A stretch of 64,000 nucleotides of DNA, from contig CM120641.1 in assembly GCA_051362555.1 (NCBI GenBank), positions 36,400,401-36,464,400 of the forward strand, given 5' to 3'. This stretch comes from Lingula anatina (lineage: Eukaryota; Animalia; Brachiopoda). A program made the position numbers and the translations under genes. Positions 13,474 through 27,292 of the stretch are shown here, in pieces; position 1 is the first letter of the stretch, and each line of letters starts with the position of its first letter. The notes under the pieces are model-generated. The model made no database searches, had not been told where the DNA came from, and saw only the letters and a list, made by a program, of their open reading frames with translations.

Positions 13474-16400
13474 AAATTCTGGGATATGATAGAAGTGGAG
13501 TGCCTGCACATACTGATTATCTGGTAGCAGCAATATCTATTTCCAGTCTAAATAAACCTAGCTATGAAGAAGATCTCAGCTTTGAAATAGTAAAAAATAT
13601 TTTCCTTAATTATCATATTGTGTTATATTTCAGAAGCCTTGCTTACCTGGGTCGTGTTGTAGGTTTGGTCTGCATTGCTTTCCTTGTTGTCCCACAATAC
13701 TATCAGACCTCTGTTGTACCCAATCAAAAACTGAAAGTTAAATTTTTCAAATCAGTACCATTATATTATCTAGCACAAAATGCTGGTAGATGACACATGT
13801 TAGTCATTTTCATATCACCCTATATACAACTCCCTATTACATTTGTATAGCTGAGAAAATATTCCCATATATATCAGGATGCCCCATGGCACACAGCATC
13901 AATACCAGAACAGACAATGCAAAGAAGCTATTGGTTTCTCAAGCCCTTACTAATGATGTTTGAGAGTATACTTCCCTCTGGGTAAAAACATTCACACATT
14001 AAGAACATAACATGTCAAATTAACCATTAGTAATTTTTTTAAGGGGAGTCTAAGAAGATCAATTATTTCCCTCTTCACTCAAATTTTCTGTTGGGCTTTT
14101 TATCCATCTCTAATCTCTTTGCCAAATGCACATCTTTTTTCTTTTTCCAGTAAAAAGGCTGAGATACCACAATTAGTATGAGTTAAAGAATAAGCACTGG
14201 ATAATGCAATAACTATCACCAAATGACAAAGAAATATACACCCGGAGGTGGAAGCCAGGTACCCTTAGATAATTTTTGTTATAGAAAACACCCAGTTCAG
14301 CATATGTGCAGATTCACTTGGTGTCAATTCAAGAGATTGCAGTAAATGGATTTCACTATGGGTTAGCAGAAGAGGCAGAAAATAATCTATTTTCCAAATC
14401 TCTTTAGAGCCTCTAATTGGCTTTACATTTGCGTTTCATTCGCAAGAAGATATTCATGAATGCCTGAAGTCCCTGCAAACACAACCCCTCTCTAACATAT
14501 AGATAGTGAGACCCAGGGCCATGAATTTTACTACTAGTACTTTCTATCGTGAATAGCCAATTTATGGACTCCCCAGTCAGTTTTACAATAGAATACAGAA
14601 TTTTAGTTCATTCAAGCACCTGGCAGGCCAATACAAACCAATTTATACGGAAATGATGCTTTAACCAGGTTACCCTAATTCCCCTATATTCATATGGGAA
14701 AAAAATGAAAACGGCTGGTGTGGAGAAAAATTGGGTAAGCGGATGTCGGAGAGGGGTCATTATCTGCCTGTTTGCAGCCCACTGGGGAATGCAGTAAATC
14801 ACACTGGACTTGACAGCCACCACAAAACTGCCAAGCATGCAAGCAATTTTTTCATCCTTGTCCCTTCCAGGCGATTGCACTTGCATGTGAACATTTCACA
14901 CATCTTTTCTAGCATTCAATCTGGTAACGCAGTCCTCCGACAATCTCCTGCTGTTACCCTCCCACACAAAGGTAATCGAGACAAAAATCAATTATTTTCT
15001 TTCTCTTCTAATTACCTGGTCTAGGTCGCAGGTAAATAACATTACGTATCTTTAGCAAAGTAATCTGAATCATAATCGATTTGGTAGAACAAAAGTCAGT
15101 GACTTAGCATAGAAATATCAAAACTAAAGTGAAATTTTGAGGCAGTCTAAATTAATACCCCTGTAAAGTTAACATAAAACGAATCAACTAAAGTGAATTC
15201 AAAGTCAAGGCCAAGTTAGACATAATATATGGCAGTATTTTATCTAGTGGTCAAAATCAAATTTCATTTGCTGGCTGAACCAAGCAAGGTTTGATTTGAA
15301 GAGTTCAATGACTACTCAGAAATAACAAGAAGAACTTATATGTAAGTTAGAGTCCTATGCAACAGCCTGCTTCAAGGCTAGAAGAGTATTTTAGGGGTCA
15401 GCTTAAACCTACAAACACTAGCACCTTCATGCTGGGTAACCTAACACAATCAAGCTGGAACAAGGTCAACCACACCAATACAAACCACAGACCTGCTCCT
15501 GTCCAGAAATCTCACATCCCTTCAGAATCTATTCTACACAGACACGGTGATAGGTTTTATAAGACAGAACACATTAACAGAACACTATAACCATCCGGCC
15601 GTCTAAAGAATGCAAATTTACATTTACTTTTTGCTATAGATGAAGAGGTGTATCAAAGATTGAAGTTTTGAAAAGCTCATCCAGGTTAGTAGTAACTTGA
15701 CCCAAAATAATATCTACAAAAAAAAGTCCTTGGTAGTGCCATGGTGCCTGGAACAACAACACACCTTTCACTGATATCAACATTCCTTCAAATTTTTACA
15801 GCTTTACATGTACCCAAATAATACGATAACATTAAAAAGATCCTTTTAACTTTGCCAAGAATCCTGGCACAATAATACCACTGTTAAATGTCTGGGAGTT
15901 TACCTTGTTAGGATCAGTTGGCTGCTGGGCAATGGCTTCCACGGCACCTGGGTTTACTTTGAAGTCGTCTGGGACACTAGGAAATAGAAACAAATGCTCA
16001 CATTTAAATGGAATGAAAACAGATAAAATGATACAGCAATCCCTTTAAGATACACTACACACAATCTAAATGCAGTTTATTTGAAAGAATAAATGTCAAT
16101 AACAGTGAGGTTTGACCTCTGAAACAACTGAAAGGCCATGTGAATGCATCTGGTATGCATTTTTTTCTTGCCCATCAAAAAGTCTTTGTATTCCTTAAGT
16201 ATCTACTACCCGTTATTTATTTTCATCATTTCATTTAACCGTTCTTCACTTCTTAATTGGCTGCATTGTTTTCTGTTTTTTCAATGTCTGTTCCCAGAAA
16301 AGAGCAAGCCTATTAGTTTCTGGGTGGGGTGGCTCACATTTTATCAGCATGTCAAGATGCAATACTTCGAGATAACAAAAACGGCTAAGAAAATACTTAT

Positions 16401-17633
16401 CCTAAATTAACATGAAATAAGCTGTAGCTATACTGCCACTGTAACCATATAGCACGAAGACCTCCCCTCAATTCCACAGCTTATATTAATTCAAACTTTT
16501 TATTGCATATTTGGATCTAAAGCATTTACATCTAGGATACAAATACTTAAAACAGCATGTGTGTGAAAATACATCCTTAGTTAAGCTATTAGTCCTTCGC
16601 AAACCCAGTGGGCAAAACTCAAACATTCTTCAGTGGCAGGAAATGCTAGCAGATATGTTTTTAAAAAGAAAAAAAGGAATTATGATCATAAAACCACTTG
16701 CAGCTTGAAGAGAGGCCAGATGCTGCCTTTGAGCACAAAAACCAGAGAAAAAAAATTCAATAGAAGTTAATGACATCTGGAAAATTACTCATTGGAGAGA
16801 GAAACCAATACAGCCATTTAGTGGATTACAAATAGTCCTTAGCCGATAGAAAACAATGATTTAATATGACATACTACCACCCTGAAACTCAGCTCTTGTT
16901 GTAATATTTTTTTCCCCAAAGATAAATGTTTCATTCTATAGAACTATGTGAATGTCACAGTTTCAACTGGGCGTAGGTTTACTGCCAGATGTTTTAAAAT
17001 GCTTTCAGGCATAGCTTTCAAATGGAACAAAAACCATAGTCAGTTAGAAAGTGAAAACCATGACCTCAAGGTTAGCCATGTTTTTTTGTTGTTGGTGGTG
17101 TTCTCACTTGCTTTAATGTTTTGTTTGCTGTGATAGGCCCTATTGTTTTCATGCAAGCAAACAATTAACAATTTTTTTTTTCAAAATTGTAAATGCATGA
17201 CACCCAGTCATGCAGATTTCTTTCTCTTCTTTTAAATACAATTTACTTACTTTTGCATGACAACATCTTGGTAAATAATATGGTCGAGCAGCTTAAAGGA
17301 CAGGACATCAAGCAAGTGGATATTGCCTCCTTCAGTCCCCAACAACAACTGTTCTCCATTCTCTGTCAAGCAGCAAGATGACACGGTCTTCAGCTTTCTG
17401 TAAAATGAAAACGGTGATCTTTAACCATCCCATTTATCAAATTGAACCTTTTTTAATTCATCAGGCCAAATGCCAACAAGGTTATCGCATTAAAAACCAC
17501 TAATCTCTATCTAGAATGTTTTATGCAGCTCTGTGCCCATATAAATTATACTGTAATTGGTCAAGGATCCATGGTCATAATACTCAATACTCAAAGTATT
17601 AGAAGTGGTCTTTACTACCTACATGTCTCTCTC

Positions 17634-17714
<81 letters not shown>

Positions 17715-20700
17715 TAATTTATAATGATCGTTTCATTATCATTATTGTCTTTTATTTTAATTTATCAATGAATACTGTGTTGGGTTATCAAACCCAACCT
17801 AACCAAAAAACTATGTTCATAAAATATCCAGGGCCCTGATAAATCGACTGCTGTTTTCATCAGATTAAAGCCGTTCCACTTTTGAAGTACCACACTCCGT
17901 GTGTAACTTAACCCCAGCTGAGCTCAGTCACACCCTCCTATATAGAACAACCAGGCCCAGGGGTCAGATGTCCTCTCACCTTGACATCTCCCCTTATCCT
18001 CATTACTTAAACAATTTGCACCTAGCAGGGGTCTGTCTGGAGTTTCTCAAGAGCATTATTACTAGCCAGACAGATAATTGACCATGTGCAAACCTGTAGG
18101 GAAATAGAGCATGGTGTGGCATACATGAAAAAATTCTCATCAGGTTTTACTTAAAATTGGACTCCCTTCTAAAAGCACTCATTAAATATCAACCCATCTT
18201 TAAGCCCTGATATATGAGTGGAATGGTTGACACACTGAATGTTGGTGGCTATAGCAGGATAGCAGAAGTTATAGTAATCAAGCACCTGCTTCTAGGAGTT
18301 GGACCTTAACAAGGTTTTTTGTTAAACCTGGTAAGAACATGCCAGTGGTCTGGGCAATGGGAGAGCAGACACAGCATGATAAACACAGGTAGCAGGGAAT
18401 CAATAGTGCATCTGTTCCAGTGCTGGGGCTCACTATGAAGGGTCTTCAATCTTCATTTCCCCCCCTATCAGTGCTGCCTTCACTTGGCAGGTCCATCACA
18501 TGACTGATTATCATACACCATCTCAAAGATTTATGCTGGCTACTGTACAGCATATGGCCACAGAGATTTTACTTATATCCAGTTATCTGCCATGTGACAA
18601 AATATTAGTTTCATTCTAAATGTAAAATATGGACGAATTAGAACTTCGTCATATGTTTAGCAAAAACATTTACTCAGGGATTTATCAATTTTTTTAGTCA
18701 TATAAGTACTTTTGCAAGCATTTTTCAAGCCAATTTTGTATCAAACAGACAGATTTAGCATCATACTGATGTTGATAAGTTGCTTGGGGCTGAACACATG
18801 CAAAGATCACTCCACATAATTGAAAGCCTCTTCCACCTTGTTATCACTCTACTACTGTCTTAATAAATGCCTGGTCTTTGCAGTACAAGAAAAACAGGCC
18901 ATTTTTTTTCTAATATGGCATTACATGCATGCCAATAAGAGCTTCTAATCCTCATCCATGTAAATGAATACAGGAAACATTAACAGGAGTTGTGGAATGA
19001 AAAGCAGTTCGTGACTGCTGGGTATGAACTGTAGATCCACACTGCAAAGTTGATATTTAGTCAAATTGTTAAAAATATTTTTGAGTAAAAATCCATTTAA
19101 CACGTATCAACAATATTGGTAAAAAAAATGTGTATTCATTAAAGTAATATGATGCTAAAATGCCTTGAGGCAAATTAAATCGTTTAGTATTCTTCTACTT
19201 TGCAGGCAGAATGGTGGGATATTGTGATGTTATCTACACTATATAATTCAGTTGTTTAGCATTGTACTCTGAAGATGTCTGTACACACATTCCACAAATA
19301 ACCACATTCCCTATGCCAAAAGGTATGGTACTTTATCATAGCTTTGTGAAATGACCACTTCGCAGAACAATTATTGTGCCAAGTCGAGGTTTCCATACTA
19401 CACCCACTATAAGTATGCTAGTAATACAAGTGCTATATGAAGGACACACTGATCAAGATCTAGATTAGTTAAAGCTGCCCAAACTCCCACACAGATGTGC
19501 ACTACCATTCATAAGTATATTCAGACATAACTGTACAGTCTTAAAAAAACATCCTGTATCTTTTCATTTGTGTGGAGAATTCTACACATATATAGTCACA
19601 GTATCAACTTACGTATACATAGATATACAGGACATAAATTTTGTATGTTCATAGTGTCTCAATGCTATCAGAGTTGACATTACTTAATTTGAATTATGCT
19701 GCATCTTGTGGTAATAAAATAATTGATTTATTCAAAAAATAAACAATATGCTGTGAGAAAGAACCCATTCTTTGTCACAACAAATAATGACAAAATACTT
19801 CTTTAGCCTTGTGCATAGAGAAAAATGTATGACCACTGACCATCAAACTTAAATACAGAATTAACAAAACTGAAACCTCATAGACAAGCTGAACACTAAT
19901 GTACTTCAACAAGGCATCAATTGGTCCATGTTTACTGATTTAGGTTTATCAGGCAAGATTTCCTTTCTACTGCATCCAACATAAACTGTATTTACTTATC
20001 TCTTTTAAGGGAGGAGTCCATAAAAAATGGAGATAACTATTCAAGGTTTACTGCACTTGAGACAAACAACATTTAATTGACATTTATACATGGAAAAACA
20101 GCCAGCACGAGAACTGCATTCTTTTTTTAAGATCCATATCTTAATGTATTTACAAATTAACTCCCAAATCTTGATTATGATATATCAAATTCAAAGTCTT
20201 GTTCTGTAAAACCCCGTACAAACATGTCTTATTCACTGCCAACCTTCACTTGGTCATTTTTTTTTAATCGAGAAAATGCCTTTCCCTGCCCAATTATTTG
20301 TAAAAGGCCTATGCTTACCCTCCATCTGAGGCAAACTGGTCAAACGTTCTAACTTTCTGCAGAAGAGATTTTCCTTCTTCTATGTTGATCTCCCACAAGT
20401 GGAGGGTGTTATCACCACACAGGGTAATGAGACGAGCCTGGAAAGAACAGAAAATCACCATAACTGTAGTCAAATTAAATATTGAATCATAATCAAGTCT
20501 GGTCACCAACTAGCAAATAACTTGGATGTTTTTGGTTATTTACCAAGCATTGTCAAGAAACAAAAATTTATTAGTGTAAATAACAAGAGAACAAATCTAT
20601 ATATCATTCAATCACTTGAGATCATCAACGAAAACCAGGGAGCCTGTTTCAAGAACCTGGTTAAAACATTCAATAATGGCAGATTATGTTAGAGATTAAG

Positions 20701-23700
20701 CATGAACATGTCCACTTCACCAGATTATAAACATGAAAAGACAATATTTCTTTTTTAAATATTGACTAACTTACCTGTCCAGGTAGAAAGAGTACTTGGG
20801 TGACTGGTGCATCAGTGGCATGCTGTCCAGAGAACTCTACTCCAGGGCTTCCATATCTGAGGGGCAGTGGTCAAGGAAAATACTTTTCCCAAAAAACTTT
20901 TTTAAATACTGTTGAACAAATTCTGCGATAAAAGATAATATTCTGAGAAGACTGATGCCATACAACAGATGCATACTTTTTTTTAAACCACATGAAAATA
21001 AGCATTAATAAAAACAAGATCATAAAAAGTGACCATATGTACTTTTACCCAACAAAATCAGACAGGAAGATTAAAGTACTCTCACCGACATCCGTAATTT
21101 GAAGTTTCTGCTGCTCACGCTCAGTCAATTACTCAAAAAAAAAACTGATTAAAAGTACCCTCGGTGAGAACATTGAATAACAGAAGTCAATGTTAGGATG
21201 ATTTATGTAGACTGAAAGAGTCCATACATCCTACCGTTGCATGAGTGCCAATTGCTCCTCCAAGTTATCAAAGAGAGCACACTGACATTTATTTCAAACG
21301 CAGCTGGGAGTACCGAGGTAATGCTGTGAACCAATCAGGTAACTGTCATAACCATGTAACCCACACACCAAATCAGCAGGCCTGACAGTGTAACACTACA
21401 TGACAACATTAACTTATTACTTAAGGTTTTGTGGAAATGCTTTTTCTTCACTAGATTTCTTTTCATCAAATCAATGGATAGCACCAACTGATCTACCTAA
21501 ACAGATGGTTTTAGGTCACCTAGACAAAAAAAGTGAAAGACTTAAACATAATATTCCATGACATTTGCTTAAAAGTTTTAAAGCAAGATCAGTCTACCTC
21601 CACAGGAATATAAAATGAAGATCATTTAATGCGGTAGATGTATATAAGGATTGCAAATTATATATCTAATCCAATGTCTGCGAACAAGATCATTCTACTT
21701 CAGCAGACATAATACAGACCTAACTTAAAATATTCAGTTCAAATTTTGATGGATCATTCCTGCCTTTTTATTACATTATACTTGGAGATCAACAAGACCC
21801 TGACTACACAAGCCTGTCTGTTAATCACACTTCAAGAGTGCACTTATCCAGACACAGCAACTACCTATCTCAAACTTAAGTTTATTTTCACATCAATCAC
21901 CTTCTGTCCTTGGCAACAGATTAGTGGGTCAGGAAAACTTTTAAAAGAGCCAACTTATTTACAAAGGATATATGACATGAATAGAAAACCTGCAAAGTCG
22001 GCAATAGCAACAGACATATTGGAGAGGTGGACATCCAATATGTAGGACAGATATGAGATGTTCAGACATGATTTTCAGACACAATCAATAATGAAATCTG
22101 ATCATTTATATTTGCTCTTGCTGTGTTTGCACTCCCACACACAGGCTACATGAGGTTGGGTTTTCACACCCACCTTCTTCATAATGTCAGAAGCCCCCCG
22201 GGAGAATGGAAACAACAAGGAAGAAAGTGGATCAATATGCACAGCATTTCTTTTTTTAAATCAAGTAAGGCATACAAGAGAGTACTTCCAAGAGCTGATA
22301 AGGCCAAGAAGATCCACCCACATGCTAAGGATAAAACAAGTAGCAGTGGTGAGATTTAGCTGCTCTCTTAAGAGTAGTACTGTTGGACAGCTTCACCGCA
22401 ATAGAGATCGCAGAGGAAACCCCTTTTCACACTTGACATTAAAATCACTGGTGAATAAATCTGGTCATTTAGTGAAAAAAATTTACCAATGAGGGCATCT
22501 ACTCTCAAAACTTAGTAATCAAGGCCTGCGGCATAGATTTCCCCCCATCTCCTGTTGCGGAATAAAAGCCAATGTGTGTCATTGTTCCAAGTTTTTAACT
22601 CTCATAACAAAATGCATTGGCTCATACCCAATCTGCCAGCTACACTGAGCACTTTAACCAAGTGTACTGACATGGAAGAATAACGCTAAAGAAGGCATAT
22701 TATCCAAGCTGCACATACACAGAACACCTTGTGCTTTGCTCAATATAGGATGCACAGATGTCTGAAGGTAGACATCTTCCATCCAAAGCATGGAAAAGGA
22801 ATCGATGTCACTTCCCACAATACATACATAATTGGTTTTAAAGCCAGTTAATGGCATCATAATCTCATCTACTGAAATCCTACAGTCTGTGTCCAGGCAC
22901 TACAATTTGATAAGAGTTGGACCTAAAAAGTACTTTTATAATGGAAAAAGTACTATTATTACAATATCTATCTTAAAAGCCATGTGGCCAAAATTAACTA
23001 TTTCAAATGAAACAAACTAAACATAACTAAAAGCAAAAGTTTATTATACAGTGGTGAAAAATGGTAAGCTGCTGCTCGCACAGCTTTGATTTGCAAAATA
23101 GCTTGTGCACATAAACAATGGCAAATGGCATGTATAAAACTTAATACTAACCTATAATTATCAGTTAAGTTGACTGGTAGAAAAGAAATCAATGAACTCT
23201 AGTACCTATTTAACACAAGGTAAATATTCTCTGTACAAAGGGATAACCTGACAGACAAGGATAATCTCCGATTCAAGACAGCAATTTACATTAGTAAAGT
23301 GCAAATAAATACAGATCGGTACGGATTAGCAAAGCGCTGAGCAAGATGAAATAAACATCCCTCCTATCTTGATACTCCTTTTGAATCTCTAAAGTGCTGT
23401 ATATGTACAGAGCAATGCCCAATTGTAGATGAAACTTACGACCTGAAATAAGATCAGACATGTAATGTTGACAAAATATTAGTCAAAACCACATGTAGAA
23501 CAAATTATTGTCAACTTCCAAAAAGATGTTTGCCAGCCATTTCCAAACCAATGTCAGATAGCTTTGTTCACTCTCTAAGGACATCAAATATCATCATTGT
23601 TAAATTTAACCCCCATTTAGTTTGCCTGTATGAGCATTAGTAACTAACAAACACTCAAATATACCGAAAGGCAATTCCAACCAATGTCAACAATTCTTTA

Positions 23701-26700
23701 CCCTAAAGAAAATCTAAACAATGGACAAAAAAGTCACCTCATCTCAGGTTTATTGGTTAGCAGTCAAAAACTTAACTCATTAAACAAAGTGGGTCTCTGA
23801 AAAAAGGAGTCAAACACCCTCTTATTATCAGGTCATAGGTAAACACTACCTTCCCGGTCCTCGATAACAGTGGAGTAGGATTAAGATATTAGTATTGATT
23901 TTATGATATATTAAGTTCCTGACCCCTGTGAACACTGTCACTCTCATCTGGGCTGTCTGAGCCGATGGTGGAATACAAGATTTACTCTTAGGCTGATAAA
24001 AATTGACTTCCATAAAGATAATCAAACACTGCTGGGTAAATTTCACCATTTTATCATTGGTTTGGCCTAAAAATTATTTTGACTGAAAAGTAGGGGGTAT
24101 TTGTTAAGCAGCTATCATGCTGGTTTACTAGCTCAAGTCCAGACGGTTATTTATTGGAAGTGCTCAAAGCCCAGACTTAGAGCAGACGACTTAGCAAATC
24201 AATACTACCTGTGATTCATACCTGGCTATGACTCATTTGTACACAACTTAAGGGCTACAGTTGACACCTGTGTGTGCCACAGAGGCTGTTCACAAGGAGT
24301 TTATCTTTCTCATGTTCTGATTTCAGACTCCCCATCCGTTTCTATTGTTACAGGCTACACTGACAAAACCAATGTCAATCCGTTTAAGAAATCACAAAAA
24401 CAAAATAGCAAATTTGGGCTGTTATTTTGTGGTGAAATACCGAGACATTTGTATGCACAACTTCAAATGCTTCCTATTTAACATTATATATGGCTTTGTC
24501 AGGCTTATGTAAGGACTGGCAACAATACTGACTCATGCAGCTTGACTGCATCCAACAACATTAGTCTGGCTGGAACTGGACAAACTCAGAACCAGTTTTG
24601 AAAGAAAACAGTCCTGGAAGAACATAAACAAGCAAACAGGTAAATGAGGAACAACAATGCACTTTAGCTACACAAACGGTAACCTCATTCTCGCTATACT
24701 ATTTGCTCAACCGCCAAAAACCAAAATTTTAAAAGAATTAAAAGAATTACTATAACATTCCCTCTCCATTGATTTCACAACATTGTGAAGAATGGTCTGT
24801 AGGAGAGGACAACAAAGTAGGGGAAAAGTTTCCAGAAAAAATTAAATAAAAGGTCTCCTCAGGTTAGATTTAAATAGGGTATAAAAAAGAATGCTATACA
24901 ATTCTTAAAATGTAGCAAATTCCATTTTCAAAAATTGATCAAAATTAATCAAATAATTATAAAATAGAGTATATATAAATCCTATCATCTTACACTTTCC
25001 CGTTCAAAAATCAACACTGGAAATATATTGTTTGTTGGCACTAAGTAGCACAGGCGCAACACAGGTGTGATAAAATCAGCAGTCCTGCACACCTGGTGCA
25101 GAGACAGCTGCTACTGGACACAACATGCAAAAGAACACTTATTTGGTTCTTTGTTCGGGAGGTGACTACTCTTAGACTATCACAGCACAAATGTGTACTG
25201 GGAAATAAAAATTAAGGTCCCTTAAATTATTTTGTCATCAAATTGAATGAGAAATTGTACATGAAATACATTTGATAACCAGGCTATGAAACGTGGTAGT
25301 CACCATAATCACATGGCATCCAGATAGCAGCCAGAGGAGGTATGGTATACTGAACCTATTATCTATTATCCCCCACCACTTAGCCCTATTGACAATGCCA
25401 CCATCGAGGTGGTTCTGGAAAACAATTGAATATGAGTAATAAATATGACTAATCAACAACACAACATCTTGGCAATTTTACCAGTTTGAGTACATTCCTA
25501 TCAATGACTATGGGTTGCTACCAATGCTCTAATATAACGGGTAGGGTATCAAGGACACAAGAGAACCACTGTCAATTGACACATAACAGAAATATTTCTG
25601 GTGGCAGCGACTCTGCTAACATGTGGGGGGAAGAATGTGTAATAAATAGACACAGCAATGGAATAACAAGGGCAGCCCACCTCTCTGGTTATGTAAGGGT
25701 AATTCACACTGCCATTAATGGTATTGTCACAGGGCATTCCAATCCTTCATCTATATCAGCATGTTCTACCTGTCGTAGGAGTTGATTATGGTGGTAGAAA
25801 TCTAGCTACTTGCTCCACACACTATGACCATCTTTAAAATAACCAGGATAGGATTTATTACTGTAATCGGAAAGGCATTTGCCTATGGTTTGAGTGAATC
25901 TACAACCTCAAACCCTCATACCTATCCTAACCCACAATTACCCACTCAGCTAACCAGAAAACATTCAACCCTCTTTAAAAACAGGATACACCATGTAAAA
26001 TACAATAAAATAGTGGAATGAAGTTCACAAAGAAGGAAGACCTTCTGCAATTCATTCATCGGCCAATTTCATATACCTGATGCAAATAAGTTCTACATTG
26101 CCTGTGGCAGATATTATCTCCTGGTCCACTTTAAATGACCAGTGGTTTAAACAATTAAATACCAATTACAGGCCCTGCAAACAGGTATGGAAATTGACTG
26201 AGGAAATAAAATAACCATGTGTTGCATGCAATTATCAAGCGGCACTAATTGGTCTCTTTGCAATTCAAATTTAACCTCTCTGTCTTCCAACTTTGACAGC
26301 AAAATTAAAAGGAGGCCTTGACTTGTTTATATGATCATTGCGACAATAAATCATATTAAACCCTTAAGCCCAATTTGGCAAGTTACGTTATTTCTGACCA
26401 GTAGACCCTTGTTGTGCACATGATGCCTTTTATGATAAGATAAAAATCTTTTTAAGACCAACCCAGGTAAATAATGTATGGAGTTCTTGCAACCACGTCA
26501 CCATAACTTGCTCAAGTAGTCATATAAAAATGTTGAAGAAATGGATGAACCAATTCAATTTCTGACAAGAAAATATAATGATGAATCAATAAAAATTGCA
26601 AAATTAAGTTTTCAACTTGCATAACAAAAATGTAGTACCTAAGTATAACAATGCTTATATATGAGATATATTTCACAAAGGATACACTTTTAATTCCCCA

Positions 26701-27292
26701 CTTTTGGTGCCAATGGCCAGGAGTTTCACCTTGGGATCATATGCAAGTGCACTTGGATGAGACGGAAATCCATGAGAGGTACACTAAACAGAGGAATAAA
26801 AAAATGGTAGGCAAAATACATTTTAAAAATGTTCAGAACAGCTTGATGAACTTTAAACTTCTCTATGTCTAGAAGGACTTATGCTGGCAAGATGTATTTT
26901 GCACATATTTCAAGTGACCTGCTTTCAGTCAACCAAAACAAAAATGTTTTGAATTCTTTCAAGGGCGGGTGCAAGCATTTTCGACACATTTTCCTGATCT
27001 AGACAACAAAAAAGTGTCGCTTTTATCCAATAGTCTATCATCCGGCAACCAGACAGACGCGTTACAATCTCACACCTTACAAACAACACTGACACAGCTT
27101 GCTGATGACTCATCACAGCTTTCAAGTCAAATAGAATGGCCGCGGAGTGTCGCGTGCATTGAGACAGGGCCCGCATGGGGTTTCCGTTACCTTATTAAAT
27201 GCAAACAATTCCTTCTGGAGCTTGATTCTTGCTTCAGATTCCCTGTGGGAGTGATGTCGACCCCCGAATTTACTCTGCAGAAACTTTAACAT
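2918..27292 (-). CDS. LLGL1: Lethal(2) giant larvae homolog (Lgl; WD40 double beta-propeller polarity protein), complete, about 1141 aa
   Basis: 26 coding exons (minus strand, all phases consistent): 27191-27292, 26686-26783, 20775-20856, 20319-20437, 17251-17397, 15904-15976, 13647-13730, 12798-12924, 12301-12352, 10756-10931, 10219-10436, 9962-10032, 9625-9778, 9100-9428, 8789-8877, 8177-8330, 7822-8039, 7490-7606, 7005-7171, 6717-6822, 6315-6435, 5835-6104, 5320-5505, 5045-5088, 3978-4030, 2918-2986. Diagnostic motifs: [81 protein letters not shown], polybasic aPKC segment [44 protein letters not shown]. Probably a single co-ortholog of LLGL1/LLGL2. The last 2-3 exons are less certain than the core. 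Confidence 0.95.
4565..4653 (-). CDS. LLGL1: Candidate alternative terminal coding exon of Lgl
   Basis: Pyrimidine tract plus CAG acceptor (tcttaccctccctgcag). Phase 1 matches exon 5045-5088. Reads (A)[28 protein letters not shown]. Confidence 0.6.
7241..7461. repeat. Two-copy tandem duplication (about 110 bp unit) in an Lgl intron
   Basis: 7241-7352 and 7353-7461 are near-identical (tttattaa..catgttctataaaggactc..attatttcatcaaataacactcatgttatataaatttacaa..gtgaagttatca). Confidence 0.9.
13426..13472. repeat. poly(T) tract
   Basis: About 47 consecutive T. Confidence 0.9.
17639..17712. repeat. (CA)n microsatellite preceded by a short (TC)n
   Basis: About 37 perfect CA units. Confidence 0.95.
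20857..26685 (-). other. U12-type (minor spliceosome) GT-AG intron between Lgl coding exons 2 and 3
   Basis: 5' splice site GTATCCTTTG (26676-26685 on -); branch site TTTTCCTTGAC (20870-20880 on -) ending 13 nt before the exon; phase 2 joins ..GELKV|YGSPGVEF. Confidence 0.88.
21972..22069 (-). CDS. Candidate alternative first coding exon of Lgl ending at an AT-type U12 donor
   Basis: ATG at 22069 opens [32 protein letters not shown](I), then ATATCCTTTG (21962-21971 on -). Phase 2, in frame with exon 20775-20856. Not validated. Confidence 0.35.
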
